Source: an uncultured Actinomycetes bacterium (lineage in GTDB: Bacteria > Actinomycetota > Thermoleophilia > UBA2241). From it: a DNA stretch of 64,000 nt. Positions 52,100 through 63,557 of the stretch are shown here, one piece after another. The position numbers and the translations under genes are program-made. How positions within the stretch are numbered: position 1 is the first letter of the stretch; each line of letters starts with the position of its first letter. The stretch spans positions 772,197-836,196 of the forward strand of contig CAVVVA010000005.1 of the NCBI GenBank assembly GCA_963751565.1. Direction: 5' to 3'. Under the pieces are notes generated by a model that saw nothing but the letters and a program-made list of their open reading frames with translations, made no database searches and was not told where the DNA came from.

Positions 52100-52991
52100 G
52101 TCACGGCGAAGATGTTGCCGCCGCTGCCCGTGAGGTGGACGCTGCCGTCGGCGTAGATGGCCGGCTGCGGCACCTGGAACTTGCTCGTCGAGTTGACCCA
52201 GCTAGCAACGGCGCCACCGGCCGTTTGGCGGCTGACGCCGGCGGCGAAGGCGGCCTCGCCTACCGCCCAGTCACTCTCGCAGACGCGACGACAGAGCAGC
52301 TGACGCCCGCAGACAGTGAGACGCGCGTTACCATGCGACATGAGGACCGTCCCTGTGGTTGTGGCCTAGACAACCGACAACCCACAGGAGAGGGTCCTCA
52401 CCTGTCAACAACGTCTGTGGGCGGTGCAGCTAGCCGTGCGAACCCAGCAGAGCCTGAGGGGCACGCAAACTACCGCTTCGCTCACGCTGCCAGGTCGTAC
52501 TCATGGATCAGCCCGCCGAGGATGTCTCGCCGTCGCAGTTGTGCGGTCGAGACAAACGCGACAGGGTCACTCCCTTCGCCCTGCGGCACGCGCAGGCCGA
52601 GCCCGCGGTGGGGCCGCTTGCGATTGTAGTGACCGACGTACTCAGCGAGTTCCTTCTCCAGGTGTCTGCGGCCACCGATCAGCATCCAGTCCAGGCATTC
52701 CTGGCGGACGCTGCGCACCCAGCGCTCGGCAAAGGCGTTTGCCTTGGGAGCCTGGATCGGCGTGCGCATTACCCTGACGCCCTCCGCGGCGAACACCTGA
52801 TCGAAGCTGGCGACGTACTTGCAGTCCCGATCTCCAAGCAAGGTCAGACCGCAGGCGCCGCCGCCCCGGTAGATGCCCGCCATCACTTCGTCGAGCTCGG
52901 GGCTCGTCGCCAGGCCGCGGCAGCCTTCGAAGAGCGCCGCGAGGCGCCGACCCTGGAACTCGTAGAGTTCGCCGCGGCGCGCTCCGGGCAC
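52100..52991 (-). mobile_element. IS481-family transposase debris: N-terminal HTH fragment (about 52230-52341) and DDE/rve C-terminal fragment (52482-52991), in non-colinear order
   Basis: HGNARLTVCGRQLLCRRVCESDWAVGEAAFAAGVSRQTA (HTH). ..KANAFAERWVRSVRQECLDWMLIGGRRHLEKELAEYVGHYNRKRPHRGLG (rve C-terminus). Confidence 0.65.
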
Positions 52992-53498
52992 TGGCCCCGG
53001 CGCGCTCGGTCAGACGGCGGCAGGTGTGGTGCTCCCCTTAGGTGGGTCGTTGTCGAGGTCGGGGGTGACCAGCGTCGGGGAAAGCACCGGCACGAGCTCG
53101 ATATCGACGCTGCCGTACGCCGGGCAGCGGCAGCTTGGCTGCCAGCCCGGTGCTGAGCACCTCGGCGGGCTTCGGCCGGCGCTGGTCCGAATGCCGTCAC
53201 GCACTGCTTGGCTTCAGGTACGTGCCGGCCTTTTGTTAACGCAGGTTAAGAAGAATCGCCGGGCGTGTTAAGGGTGCCTTGTGGCCCGTCTTGGCAGTCT
53301 TCGGCCGGGCAACCTGAGTGTGAAGGCGATAAAGGCAAACCGTCCGTGAGGGCGGGGCGCAAAGCCACAGGACTTGCACCAGGCGAGTCGGCTGGGTTGC
53401 CGCCCGAAGAAGCGATTCTGAAGGACCCGTGGCTCGCCGGAGAGGCGCCACGGGTCTTTTTCGTGGTCTCTCCCAGAGGGAGGGAGGTGACAACTTAC

Positions 53499-53903
53499 AT
53501 GAAGCGCTTCACGAAGGATCAAAGCGGTTTCACGCTCATCGAGCTCCTGATCGTGATCATCATCATCGGTATCCTGGCCGCCATCGCCATCCCGATGTTC
53601 CTCAGTCAGAGGAACAAGGCCAAGGACGCCGCGGTCAAGGAGGGCATCCACAGCCTCCAGATCGGTGTCCAGAGCTACGCGGTCGACAACACCGACACGT
53701 ATCCGGCGACCCTCACCCAGGCCGGCCTGGTCGACGCCACCGGCCATCCCTACGTCGACAACTGGCCGAAGAACCCGTTCACCAACGTTCTGATGGCAAG
53801 CAGCTCGGCGCAGGGTGACTACACCTACACCGACAACGTCGCCAGCAGCACGTTCACGCTCCAGGGCCACCTGTCCAACGGCGGCCAGTTCCAGGTTCCC
53901 TGA
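53499..53903 (+). CDS. Type IV pilin / pseudopilin (prepilin-type N-terminal methylation domain)
   Basis: MKRFTKDQSGFTLIELLIVIIIIGILAAIAIP class-III signal. GGGAGGGAGG RBS. Confidence 0.85.
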   Translation: MKRFTKDQSGFTLIELLIVIIIIGILAAIAIPMFLSQRNKAKDAAVKEGIHSLQIGVQSYAVDNTDTYPATLTQAGLVDATGHPYVDNWPKNPFTNVLMASSSAQGDYTYTDNVASSTFTLQGHLSNGGQFQVP

Positions 53904-53934
53904 CCGGGGAGTCTGAGCTGATCGCGGACCGAGC

Positions 53935-53972
53935 GGGGGGCGGCTTCTACAAAGCCGCCCCCCTCTTCTTGC
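53935..53972 (+). terminator. Intrinsic terminator: 12-bp perfect GC stem (GGGGGGCGGCTT / AAGCCGCCCCCC) followed by TCTTCTT
   Basis: Read directly, 32 nt after the pilin stop. Confidence 0.7.
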
Positions 53973-54209
53973 GGCGACGCAGCCGGCGACGCTGAGTGCC
54001 GGGGGTTGATCCGACCGGCCATCTAAGACCGCGTCAAACCGGTTCGCCTCGGCACACATCTCTGTGCCTCCGGCACGCCCATCGAGCTGGTCGTTTGTTG
54101 GGGCGCCGTTCGGAGTCGCATCGGTGATGGAGGTAGTGCAGATGGTCGCTCTCGCCAACAGCCTACGCGGCGCATGTCGACTCTGTGTCGCCGCGTCATG
54201 CCTCGCACC

Positions 54210-54520
54210 ACAGTGGTTTGTCTGGCAGCCATCTTCCGTGCTTTGGTCGCTCTCCCCGCCTTGCGGCAGCTTCGAGCAGAGCGAATGTGTCGAGTGAGAG
54301 ACTCCGCTCGACGAAGGAGGCAGCGCCCTGCAAGGTCACATCAGAAGGCGCGGCCCGTCAGGATCGTGGGAGCACATCCTCGACGTCGGCCGCTACGGCG
54401 CCCAGCGCTGCCAGGGCTGCGGGCGGCGCTTCCGGATCGAACGGCGGCCAAGTGAACTCTGTCCGGCCTGTGGCGGCGAGCTTTCTGAGACGGAGGAGCG
54501 CCGCCGCGAGACACCGAACT
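54210..54520 (+). pseudogene. Tyrosine-integrase 5' fragment (promoter/RBS region plus about 60 N-terminal codons with zinc ribbon)
   Basis: About 88% identical to 59482-59790. Encodes ..WEHILDVGRYGAQRCQGCGRRFRIERRPSELCPACGGELSETEERRRET, then diverges to a stop. Confidence 0.7.
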
Positions 54521-54580
54521 GCAGCGTAAATCGGGGATAAACGCACCCCTCAGGCGCAACGAGGGCGCGGCAGTCCTGGG

Positions 54581-55348
54581 TCAGTTCGCCACCAGACGCT
54601 CCAGGCGAACCGTCGCCGCGAAGCGATGCGCGTCCATGCCCTCGTAGGCAGCTTGGGTCTCCGCCAACTTGGCCAGCATTAGGGAGGCCCGGGTGTCCAC
54701 CATTTGGTGGGTGATCACCTTCAGGTAGTTGCCAACCCAGAGCCCACCTGTATAGCGGGCTGCGCGCCCAGTCGGCAGGATGTGGTTTGTACCGGACACT
54801 TTGTCCGCGTAGACCTCTGCGGTCTGCTCACCGAGGAAGAGCGAGCCGTAGTTGTGGAGCAAGGGCATAAGAGCGGTCGGCTCCGCCGTGTGCACCTCGA
54901 GGTGCTCTGGCGCCCACTCGTTGGCAAATCGGGCGGCGTCCTCGATGGTGTCAACGAGCGCAACCTCGCCGTTGGTCTCCCATGACGCTCGCGCGACTGC
55001 CTGGGTCGTGCGGTCGCGCAGCTGTCGCTCGATCTCAATGAGGGTGGACTCGGCGATCGCCCGCGACGTGGTGACGAGTGCGCAGCGCGCATCTGGATCA
55101 TGCTCGGCTTGCGCCAAGAGATCAGCCGCGACGAACTCGGAATCGGCGCTGTCGTCGGCAATGACGAGACACTCACTTGGCCCGGCGATGAAGTCAATGC
55201 CGACCCGGCCGTACACCTGCCGCTTGGCCTCGGCAACGTACTGGTTTCCCGGCCCAACGACCAGGTCGACGGGCTTCAGCGTCTGGCTGCCGAACGCAAG
55301 AGTGACCTGGACCCCTGAGATCGGTCCACCCGCACTGTAGGGTGTCAC
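54581..55348 (-). pseudogene. hisD: Histidinol dehydrogenase, C-terminal half only
   Basis: GPGNQYVAEAKRQVYGRVGIDFIAGPSECLVIADDSAD ... QAEHDPDA ... NHILPTGRAARYTGGL matches HisD residues about 180-430. N-terminal half absent, replaced upstream by an IS3 remnant. Confidence 0.7.
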
Positions 55349-55440
55349 GATCGATGAAGGAGGCAGGTCATGCCACAGAAGCGCTACCGTCCCGAGGAGA
55401 TCATCGCCAAGCTGAGGAAGGCCGACGTGCTGCGCGGCTT
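55315..55440 (+). mobile_element. Solo IS3-family left end (IR plus first about 21 codons of orfA: MPQKRYRPEEIIAKLRKADVL), second copy
   Basis: Same truncation point as the copy at 32735-32850. Confidence 0.55.
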
Positions 55441-55979
55441 GACACCCAATAGGTGCGCCCTCCGCGTCGTGTTGCCACGCCGTGCCGGCGAAAGCCGGAT
55501 GGCCACGGCGTCTGGCGATTCAGGCGCCCCCAGGTGTCTAGTCTACTTCCAGCCTCAGCTGGTTGGCAGAATCGGAGTTGTCCTGCGTGCCAAGGCAATG
55601 GCTAAACTTGTTCTTGTATCAGGCCGGAGAAAGTACGCCCAGTGCACGCCCTCTCCCCCAGCCGCCGACGGGATGCCGACTGGACACCTCCGCATTCCGC
55701 CAAGACACCGTTGCCGCGAATGAATCCACGAATGGGGTCAGGTGTGCGGTGCTGTCCAGAGTTTCTGTGCCCTTCAGGACGCCGCTCGACGAGATCCGCG
55801 AGGCGCCGCCAGATCGGCGGCCGGATGCCTTTGAGGGTACCTTGATGCGGGCGATCTGCACCACTGGCGCGATCTTCTTCGTTGCAGTTGCGAACGGCGA
55901 GCACTGCGATGCTGCTCAGGCAGGCAGCGGAGCGACGCGGGATCTCGTCTCCGGAGGCTCGCTCAGCTCGCCTCATCGC

Positions 55980-56162
55980 CTAGCCGAGGAGCTCGAACTC
56001 CTGCCATTCGGACTCCGGCACGGTCAGGTCCCGGCGCGGCGCGTCGGTCATCCCGTGGATGCTCACCACCACCGATGCCTGCACGCCGGAATGCCCCTCC
56101 ACGACGTACCCCTCCTCGCCCTTGTACCTGACGTGCTTTCCGAGCAGATCCTCAAGCTTCAC
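55980..56162 (-). CDS. Hypothetical small protein (60 aa)
   Basis: GGAGGA RBS 3-5 nt upstream of GTG start. No recognised motif. Confidence 0.35.
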   Translation of the reverse strand: MKLEDLLGKHVRYKGEEGYVVEGHSGVQASVVVSIHGMTDAPRRDLTVPESEWQEFELLG

Positions 56163-56509
56163 GCATCCTCCCTGAAGAGAGACGTCCCCGGGCAGGGCGG
56201 CGGCCGCTCTGGCCGGGGTGCCGGAAGGCGAGCTGCTTCGCAGCGTAGCACTCTATGCGCTCAGGGCCTCACCGCTCTCCCTCCTCATCTGCGGACTCGA
56301 GCGGGCCGCGCTCGGTCTCGAGTCGTCTCAAGGAATAGGGGGCAACGGTCTCCTCACCCTGCGCGTCGACACGCCCGCGCACATCACACCCATGTGCGGC
56401 CCCTGATCCTGCTGCACAGGGCGTCTCTCGCCGACGCGCTGCCGACGAGAAGGCAGCCGGTCACGGGTGACGATGACGGGCCCACCCCAGGCGGCCGGCT
56501 CGGCCTGGG

Positions 56510-56794
56510 TCAGCCCCTCGTCTTGGGGCTCTCCTGCCTGCCCAGCACCTGCGAGACGGCCGACTTGAGCAGCCGTACCTTCTTGCGGTCAGCGATCTCG
56601 AGTACGACGACCGTGTCGCCGACCTGGCGGACCGTGCCGAAGAGGCCGTCGGTCGTCACGATCTCGTCCCCCTTCTTGACCGTCCCCAGCAGTTCCTGCT
56701 GGGCACGGCGCCGGCGGCGCTGCGGCCGCAGCGCGACAAGGTAGAAGACCCCGATAACGAGGACGACGTAGATGAGCAGGATAGCGATGGTCAC
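56510..56794 (-). CDS. yajC: Preprotein translocase subunit YajC
   Basis: N-terminal TM helix, then RPQRRRRRAQQELLGTVKKGDEIVTTDGLFGTV..VLEIA. Confidence 0.75.
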   Translation of the reverse strand: MTIAILLIYVVLVIGVFYLVALRPQRRRRRAQQELLGTVKKGDEIVTTDGLFGTVRQVGDTVVVLEIADRKKVRLLKSAVSQVLGRQESPKTRG

Positions 56795-56978
56795 TTCGGC
56801 GTTCCGCCTCCTTCGAGAGACGCCCGCGACATCTCACAGGAACGGTGCAACGAGCGCCGTCCCCTCGCAGGCCCCGCGACACTACACGTGAGGAGTCTTT
56901 CCCGCGCAGAGGCGGTCGAACCAGACTCCCCGACGGGCGATCCACCCCACACCCGCCCGTCGCACCGAAGATCGTCTG

Positions 56979-58094
<1,116 letters not shown>

Positions 58095-58664
58095 TGATTG
58101 TCTTGCTCCTCACGCGAAGCACCGCTTGCCCTCGGCAAGACGCGCTCCAGGCCACATCGAAAGCCACGGGGTCTTCGCGGTCATCACGGGAAGCCGGCGG
58201 AAGTGCTGGCCAAGCATGCGCCTGTAGGCTCGGCCGGTTCGCGCCCATGCCTTGCGAGGCTGACCGCCTCATGCATCGTACTCGGGCAACAACGGCGACA
58301 CCATCCCGCCGTCGTGCAGTCAAAAGGCCGGACGCCTCTGAGAGATCACCTGACGAGTGGCCTCCCCGAGGCTTGGCAGTGGCGGGGAGGGCCTTCGCCA
58401 GCGTGATCCGGGGGGAATGCACGTCGTAATTGGCTGAGGCCCTCCCACGATGCCGCCGGCCGCACATCAGTGCGAGTTGTGTCGGCGGGTCGAAACGGAC
58501 CAAGGTGCAGCGGCTCTTCAGGTGGCGCCGACGAGATGTTGACGTCAGCGCCTCACCAGTGCGACGGGCCGGCCGGCCCCTGCTGCCAAGTCGCCGGCAG
58601 ACAAAACTCTCAAAGAGGGCATGTGCGCGGCCGCCATAGGTGTGTTCGTCTCTCCAAGCCGCGG

Positions 58665-59192
58665 CTAGATCTGATTGAAGAAGCCCTTCTCAAGAAAACC
58701 GGCGGCTGCCTCGCTTGACAGCTCGAGATCGCGCGGCGCCAGCAGCAGGACCCGATCGTCCAGGAGCTCCAGGCTGCCATCCAGGGCGTAGACCAGGCCG
58801 CTGCAGAAGTCGGTCAGGCGCCGGGCAAGGGCCGTCTCACAGCCTTGCATGTTGCAGATCACGGCGGCATCGCTGCGAAACCTGTCGGCGATCTGCTGGG
58901 CATCGTTGAACTCCGCGGGCGCAAGCAGGCAGAACTCAGCGCTGTGCGGGCGCACCAGAGTCAGAGGGCTAGCGGCCCGCTCTTGCCCACGCCGCGGGTA
59001 CGCCGGCGGTGCATCTGCGTAGATCTCGTCGTAGTCGGCAGCTCCATCGTGACTCAGACGGCGCACGTCGGGCGGCTCTTCACGGTAGGGCCGAAACTCC
59101 TGCGGAGCCGCGATGGTCTCGTCGTCGTATGAGTCCTGTGCGCTGCTGTCGAAGTAGCCGACGGCCCTGCGCAGCGATGAACCTAGACTCAT
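58665..59192 (-). CDS. sepF: Cell division protein SepF
   Basis: C-terminal DUF552 core: DAQQIADRFRSDAAVICNMQG...LARRLTDFCSGLVYALDGSLELL. Confidence 0.75.
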   Translation of the reverse strand: MSLGSSLRRAVGYFDSSAQDSYDDETIAAPQEFRPYREEPPDVRRLSHDGAADYDEIYADAPPAYPRRGQERAASPLTLVRPHSAEFCLLAPAEFNDAQQIADRFRSDAAVICNMQGCETALARRLTDFCSGLVYALDGSLELLDDRVLLLAPRDLELSSEAAAGFLEKGFFNQI

Positions 59193-59589
59193 GCTTCCTC
59201 CAGCCTCTGGTTGCAACAAGGCACGACTCCCAGACGCAGCCGAGCGATCTCGCGCAATCCCGCAGCATGCCTTTGTTCAGTGTCTTCGCGACCGAGGGCA
59301 AGTTGCCTTCCGAGCCGTCGTTGGGCGCTCGGCGTGCGCACGAGCGCCCGGTGAGCCCGCCGCGTCGCGTACGGCGCTTTGGCCGAGGATTGGACCGTCA
59401 GGCCCCTGCATTGTCCGAAGACACTGGCGCTGGATCCACCGCAGCGTCGTCACGGGCCCCGCATGCGATGGCGACGCCCTGACGCACCACAGTGGTTAGT
59501 CCGGCACCCATCTTCCGTCCTTTGGTCGCTCTCCCCCACCTTGCCGGCGGCCTCGAGTAGAGCGAACGTGTGGGGACGCGACACTCAAC

Positions 59590-60849
59590 ACGGGAGGCAG
59601 CGCCCTGCAAGGCCACATCAGAAGGCGCGGCCCGTCAGGATCGTGGGAGTACATCCTCGATGTCGGCCGCTATGGCGCCCAGCGCTGCCAGAGTTGCGGG
59701 AGGCGCTTCTGGATCGAACGGCGCCCCAAGGAGCTCTGTCCTGCCTGTGGCGCTGAGCTTTGTGAGACCGAGGAGCGCCGCCGCGAGACCAAGGGCGGTT
59801 ACGCTTCCCGCAAGGACTGCCAGGCGGCGCTCACGAGGAAGCTCACTACTCTGGCCGAGCACACCTACGTCCTGCCCAGCCGTCTCAACCTGAGGGAGTT
59901 CCTGCTCAAGGTTTGGCTGCCGGCGATTGAGAGCAGCGTGCGGGCAACGACACTTTCGGGCTATCGCATGCTGGTCGAGCAGCACCTCGTGCCGCAGCTG
60001 GGAGCGGTGCAGCTGCAGAGCTTGAACGCCGCCCAGATCAACGCCCACTACGCCAGGCTGCTCAGTGAGGGACGAGTCCACGGCGTGGGCGGCCTCTCCC
60101 CCAACACCGTGCACCACGTCCACGCCGTCCTGCATCGTGCCTTACGTGACGCCGTGAAGTGGGGCTACCTGCAGACCAACGCCGCCGCCTGCGCCGACCC
60201 ACCGAGATCTTCGGCCCAGCACACAGAGCTACCCGTCTGGTCTGAGGAGCAGCTCCATGCCTTCTTGGGCAGTGTGCAAGAGCAGCGCCTCTACCCCCTG
60301 TGGCGTTTCCTGGCGATGACCGGCTGTCGCAGAGGTGAGGCCTTGGGCCTCACCTGGCCTGACCTGGACATCGAGGGCGGCCGGGTGGCGATCAGACGGG
60401 CCCTGGTGCCGATCGACGGCAAGCTCTGTGAGACCGAGCCCAAGACCAAACGCGGGCGACGGCTGATCGCACTGGATGCCGAGACGGTGGCGGTGTTGCG
60501 GGAGCAAGCCACCCGACAGCTGGCCGAGCAGCAGGCGCTGGGTGATGAGTGGATCGACAGCGGTCGGGTGTTCACCGCCGAGGACGGGGCGCAGCTGCAC
60601 CCCGAGCGCATCAGTGCCTTGTTTCGCCGCCTCGTGACGACCGCGGCGCTGCCGCCGATCCCTTTGCACGGACTGCGCCACACCTACGCCAGCCTGGCCT
60701 TGGCCAAGGGCGTCAATGCGGCGATCGTCTCGCGACGGCTGGGGCATGCCACCGTGGCCTTCACCTTGGACATCTACTCCCACGTGCTGCCCCAGGTCGA
60801 TGCCGAGGCGGCGGAGGTGATCGCGGCGTTTGGCAGCCGCGAGAGCTAG
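59590..60849 (+). CDS. Tyrosine-type phage integrase with N-terminal zinc-ribbon / arm-type domain (only intact copy)
   Basis: Frame open from 59500. GGGAGG RBS at about 59586 but no canonical ATG (ORF track starts at internal GTG 59938). N-terminus CQSCGRRFW...CPACG, then RRRETKGGYASRKDCQAALTRKL (arm-binding-like), core-binding domain, catalytic HGLRHTYAS...LGH...Y. Confidence 0.75.
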   Translation, partial: TGGSALQGHIRRRGPSGSWEYILDVGRYGAQRCQSCGRRFWIERRPKELCPACGAELCETEERRRETKGGYASRKDCQAALTRKLTTLAEHTYVLPSRLNLREFLLKVWLPAIESSVRATTLSGYRMLVEQHLVPQLGAVQLQSLNAAQINAHYARLLSEGRVHGVGGLSPNTVHHVHAVLHRALRDAVKWGYLQTNAAACADPPRSSAQHTELPVWSEEQLHAFLGSVQEQRLYPLWRFLAMTGCRRGEALGLTWPDLDIEGGRVAIRRALVPIDGKLCETEPKTKRGRRLIALDAETVAVLREQATRQLAEQQALGDEWIDSGRVFTAEDGAQLHPERISALFRRLVTTAALPPIPLHGLRHTYASLALAKGVNAAIVSRRLGHATVAFTLDIYSHVLPQVDAEAAEVIAAFGSRES

Positions 60850-62015
60850 CCGAGGTGGAAGATGCGACGGAGGTCGTTGTAGGTCAGCAGGATGAAGAGC
60901 GTGACCAGCACGACGACCCCGATCGCGATGGCCCGTTCGAGCGTGCGCGGATCGACCCGCCGGCCGCGCACGCTCTCCATCGAGTTGAAGAAGATATGGC
61001 CGCCGTCGAAGGGCAGGAACGGCAGCAGGTTGATGATGCCGAGGTTGACCGAGATGAAGGCCAGTAGGATCGGATACCAGCTCTGTCGCACGGCCGTCTG
61101 CGAGACCGAGATGATGCCGACCGGGCCGGCTGCGCCGTTGGGCCCAGCGGGATTGATCTTGCCGCTCACGAGCAACCAGAGGCCCTTGAAGGTCGCCCCC
61201 ACAATGCCGGCGGTCCCGGTGACGGCGAGGCCGGCCGCACGCCAGGGAGCCGGGTAGCTCGGGGTCCCCTTGGGGCTGACGCCCAGGAAGCCTTCATTGG
61301 CGGCCCCCGGTCTGGTCGAGAGCGTTAAGGCAACCGTGCGCTGTTGCCCTGTGGGCGTGCGGTACACGAGCGTCACGGTCTTGTGCGGATGCGACTTAAA
61401 GAACGCGCTCGTCGCGTTCCACGTCGTGAAGCTCGTGCCGTTGCCCGAGATCAGGCGATCACCCGCCTGCAGCCCGGCGGCGGCGGCCGGTGTGCCCTTC
61501 AGGACTTGAGCCACAGTCAGGGTGGCCTTCTGGATGCCGCCCGCCTGGATGAAGACGAACATGATCAGGACCGCGGCGACGAAGTTCATGCACGGCCCCG
61601 CGAAGATGGTCAGGTTGCGCTGCCACACGGGCTTGCTGACGTAGGCGCGCGGCATCACCTCGTCGGGCAGCTTCTCGTCGGGGACCATGCCGCTGATCTT
61701 GCAGAAGCCGCCCAGGGGGATCGTGCCGATGCCGTATTCGGTCTCGCCCCAGGTGCGCTTCATGACGGCCGGCGGGAACCCGATGTAGAACCGTTCCACG
61801 CGCATGTGAAAGGTCTTGGCCGCGAGAAAGTGTCCGAGCTCGTGGACGAAGATGAGCAGCGCCAGCCCAAGGACGGCCACGACCAGCGTCCAGTGGCCGG
61901 TGACGATCAGCAGCGCGATCGCCACGAGTAGCATCAGGCCCCAGGGTGATGCCCCCTGTCGCGCGGCGCCGTCGGGGCTTGGGTCGTGCGGTCTCTCAGG
62001 TTTCCTCTCGTTCAC
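60846..62015 (-). CDS. Site-2 protease (RseP-like M50 zinc metalloprotease with PDZ domain)
   Basis: HELGHF zinc motif, PDZ-like central region, LPFLPFDGGH second motif. Convergent stop overlaps the integrase stop. Confidence 0.8.
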   Translation of the reverse strand: MNERKPERPHDPSPDGAARQGASPWGLMLLVAIALLIVTGHWTLVVAVLGLALLIFVHELGHFLAAKTFHMRVERFYIGFPPAVMKRTWGETEYGIGTIPLGGFCKISGMVPDEKLPDEVMPRAYVSKPVWQRNLTIFAGPCMNFVAAVLIMFVFIQAGGIQKATLTVAQVLKGTPAAAAGLQAGDRLISGNGTSFTTWNATSAFFKSHPHKTVTLVYRTPTGQQRTVALTLSTRPGAANEGFLGVSPKGTPSYPAPWRAAGLAVTGTAGIVGATFKGLWLLVSGKINPAGPNGAAGPVGIISVSQTAVRQSWYPILLAFISVNLGIINLLPFLPFDGGHIFFNSMESVRGRRVDPRTLERAIAIGVVVLVTLFILLTYNDLRRIFHLG

Positions 62016-62232
62016 AGCTCACTCACCCGGACAGGCGACCGACCCTTCGCCAGGAGCATGGTCAAAGCTCTCGATTCTTATGGTTCCCCGCCCCGCCGAA
62101 TCGTTGCGCGGCCGCCCCGGCCGCCGCGGAAAGCACGCGGGCGCTCGACGCAAAACGGAGCGAGGCCGGCTTGCCGACTGCCCCGCCCTCGCCCCTGTTG
62201 GGCCAACCAATAGAGAAAGCGTACTGCCGTAC

Positions 62233-62574
62233 CTACTTGATGGCCGCCTCGCCGCGCTCCCCGGTGCGCGAACGTACTGCGTCCTCAACGCTGCTCACGA
62301 AGATCTTCCCCTGGCCGATGCGGCCCTTCTCGAGCGCCTTGCGCACGCCGGCGATCACCTTCTCAACGTCGCCGTCCGAGACCACCATCTCGACCTTCAT
62401 CTTGGGATGGAAGCGGTACTGGCCGGGGGCGCCAGTCTCGCCGCGCTCGAAGCCCTTCTCCACGCCGAAGCCCTTGGCTTCGGTGACCGTCATGCCAACC
62501 ACGCCCTCGACGGCGAGGTGCTCGGCGACCATGCCGAGGTTATAGGACTGGATGATGCACTCGACCTTCTTCAT
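62233..62574 (-). CDS. P-II (GlnB/GlnK) family signal-transduction protein
   Basis: MKKVECII..GMTVTEAKGFG..GKIFVSSVEDAVRSRTGERGEAA (T-loop and C-terminal signature). Confidence 0.7.
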   Translation of the reverse strand: MKKVECIIQSYNLGMVAEHLAVEGVVGMTVTEAKGFGVEKGFERGETGAPGQYRFHPKMKVEMVVSDGDVEKVIAGVRKALEKGRIGQGKIFVSSVEDAVRSRTGERGEAAIK

Positions 62575-62732
62575 GGAACACCCTCCGTCGTTGTCGCCGC
62601 ACCGCCTCATGCCCCGGAGGGACATGATCAAGTAGTTGTACCCGGCGACCTTTCGAAGGACCCTCAACCGGCAGCTTTTTCTGCGCCGACTTTTCGCTCA
62701 AGGACTACGCACCACCGACACACACCCCAGAG

Positions 62733-63059
62733 ATGGACCTCGCACTATCACAGCAAGTGGACCACTCAGTGGGGGCAGGTCACACGGCCGAGAACGGTGA
62801 GCAGCTGCACCCCGAGCGCATCAGTGCCTTGTTTCGCCGCCTCGTGGCGGCTGCGGCATTGCCCCAGATCCCCCTGCAAGGGCTGCGCCACACCTACGCC
62901 AGCCTGGCCCTAGCCAAGGGCGTGAATGCGGCGATCGTCTCGCGAAGGCTGGGGCATGCCACCGTGGCCTTCACCTTGGATATCTACTCCCACGTCCTGC
63001 CCCAGGTCGATGCCGAGGCGGCAGAGGCCATCGCGGCGTTTGCGAGGAGCGAGAGCTAG
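62733..63059 (+). pseudogene. Tyrosine-recombinase 3' fragment (copy 3; last about 85 codons)
   Basis: ..GEQLHPERISALFRRLVAAAALPQIPLQGLRHTYASLALAKGVNAAIVSRRLGHATVAFTLDIYSHVLPQVDAEAAEAIAAFARSES*. Confidence 0.8.
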
Positions 63060-63557
63060 CCGACGAGACGGTGGCCACTTCCACACGCTGCGTGAGCGGC
63101 ACGAGATTCTGAGTCACCATCGAGCGTGCCGGTGGTCTTGAGCATCGGCACAATCGAGCCTGGGCCGCCGCCGTCTAGGAGACCATCAGGAAGGTGTGGA
63201 GGAGCACGAAGGCAAGCAGAAACAAGATGAAGGCCGTTCCGACTGCCAGTGCCGCTTTTGTGTTCGTGTCCATGCCCTCAGTCTGCCCAGAGTGGCGATC
63301 AGCTGACGGTCGACTCGCGGCCAGCGAACGACTCATCGAGGCGCGCATGCTGCGTCGGCGCACGTCACGACGAAAGTTCGCGCAAGGTGAGCGGAAGCCT
63401 TCAGGGTGATTGCTGCGCACGAGGAGGGACTGACGGCCCACTACACCAGGAGAGACTCAAACCGCCGGCCGTCTCTTTGGTCTCCACTTTGGCCCGGTCT
63501 TTTCCAAGCGGCTCAACCTTCCCAGGCCTCGGTTGGGCCCGGTCGGACCAAGCAGGG

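Noticed and set aside
58095-58664. Possible gene or sRNA in the 570-nt gap between sigma copy 2 and sepF
   Set aside because: No ORF with plausible composition on either strand and no recognisable RNA signature. Most simply the long leader/promoter region of the sigma gene. Not testable from sequence alone.
59570-59893. 107-aa ORF 59570-59893 and 76-aa ORF 58103-58429 as small proteins
   Set aside because: 59570-59893 is the wrong frame of the integrase N-terminal arm region (the in-frame reading gives the zinc ribbon and arm-binding motifs). 58103-58429 lies in the sigma leader with Arg-rich composition.
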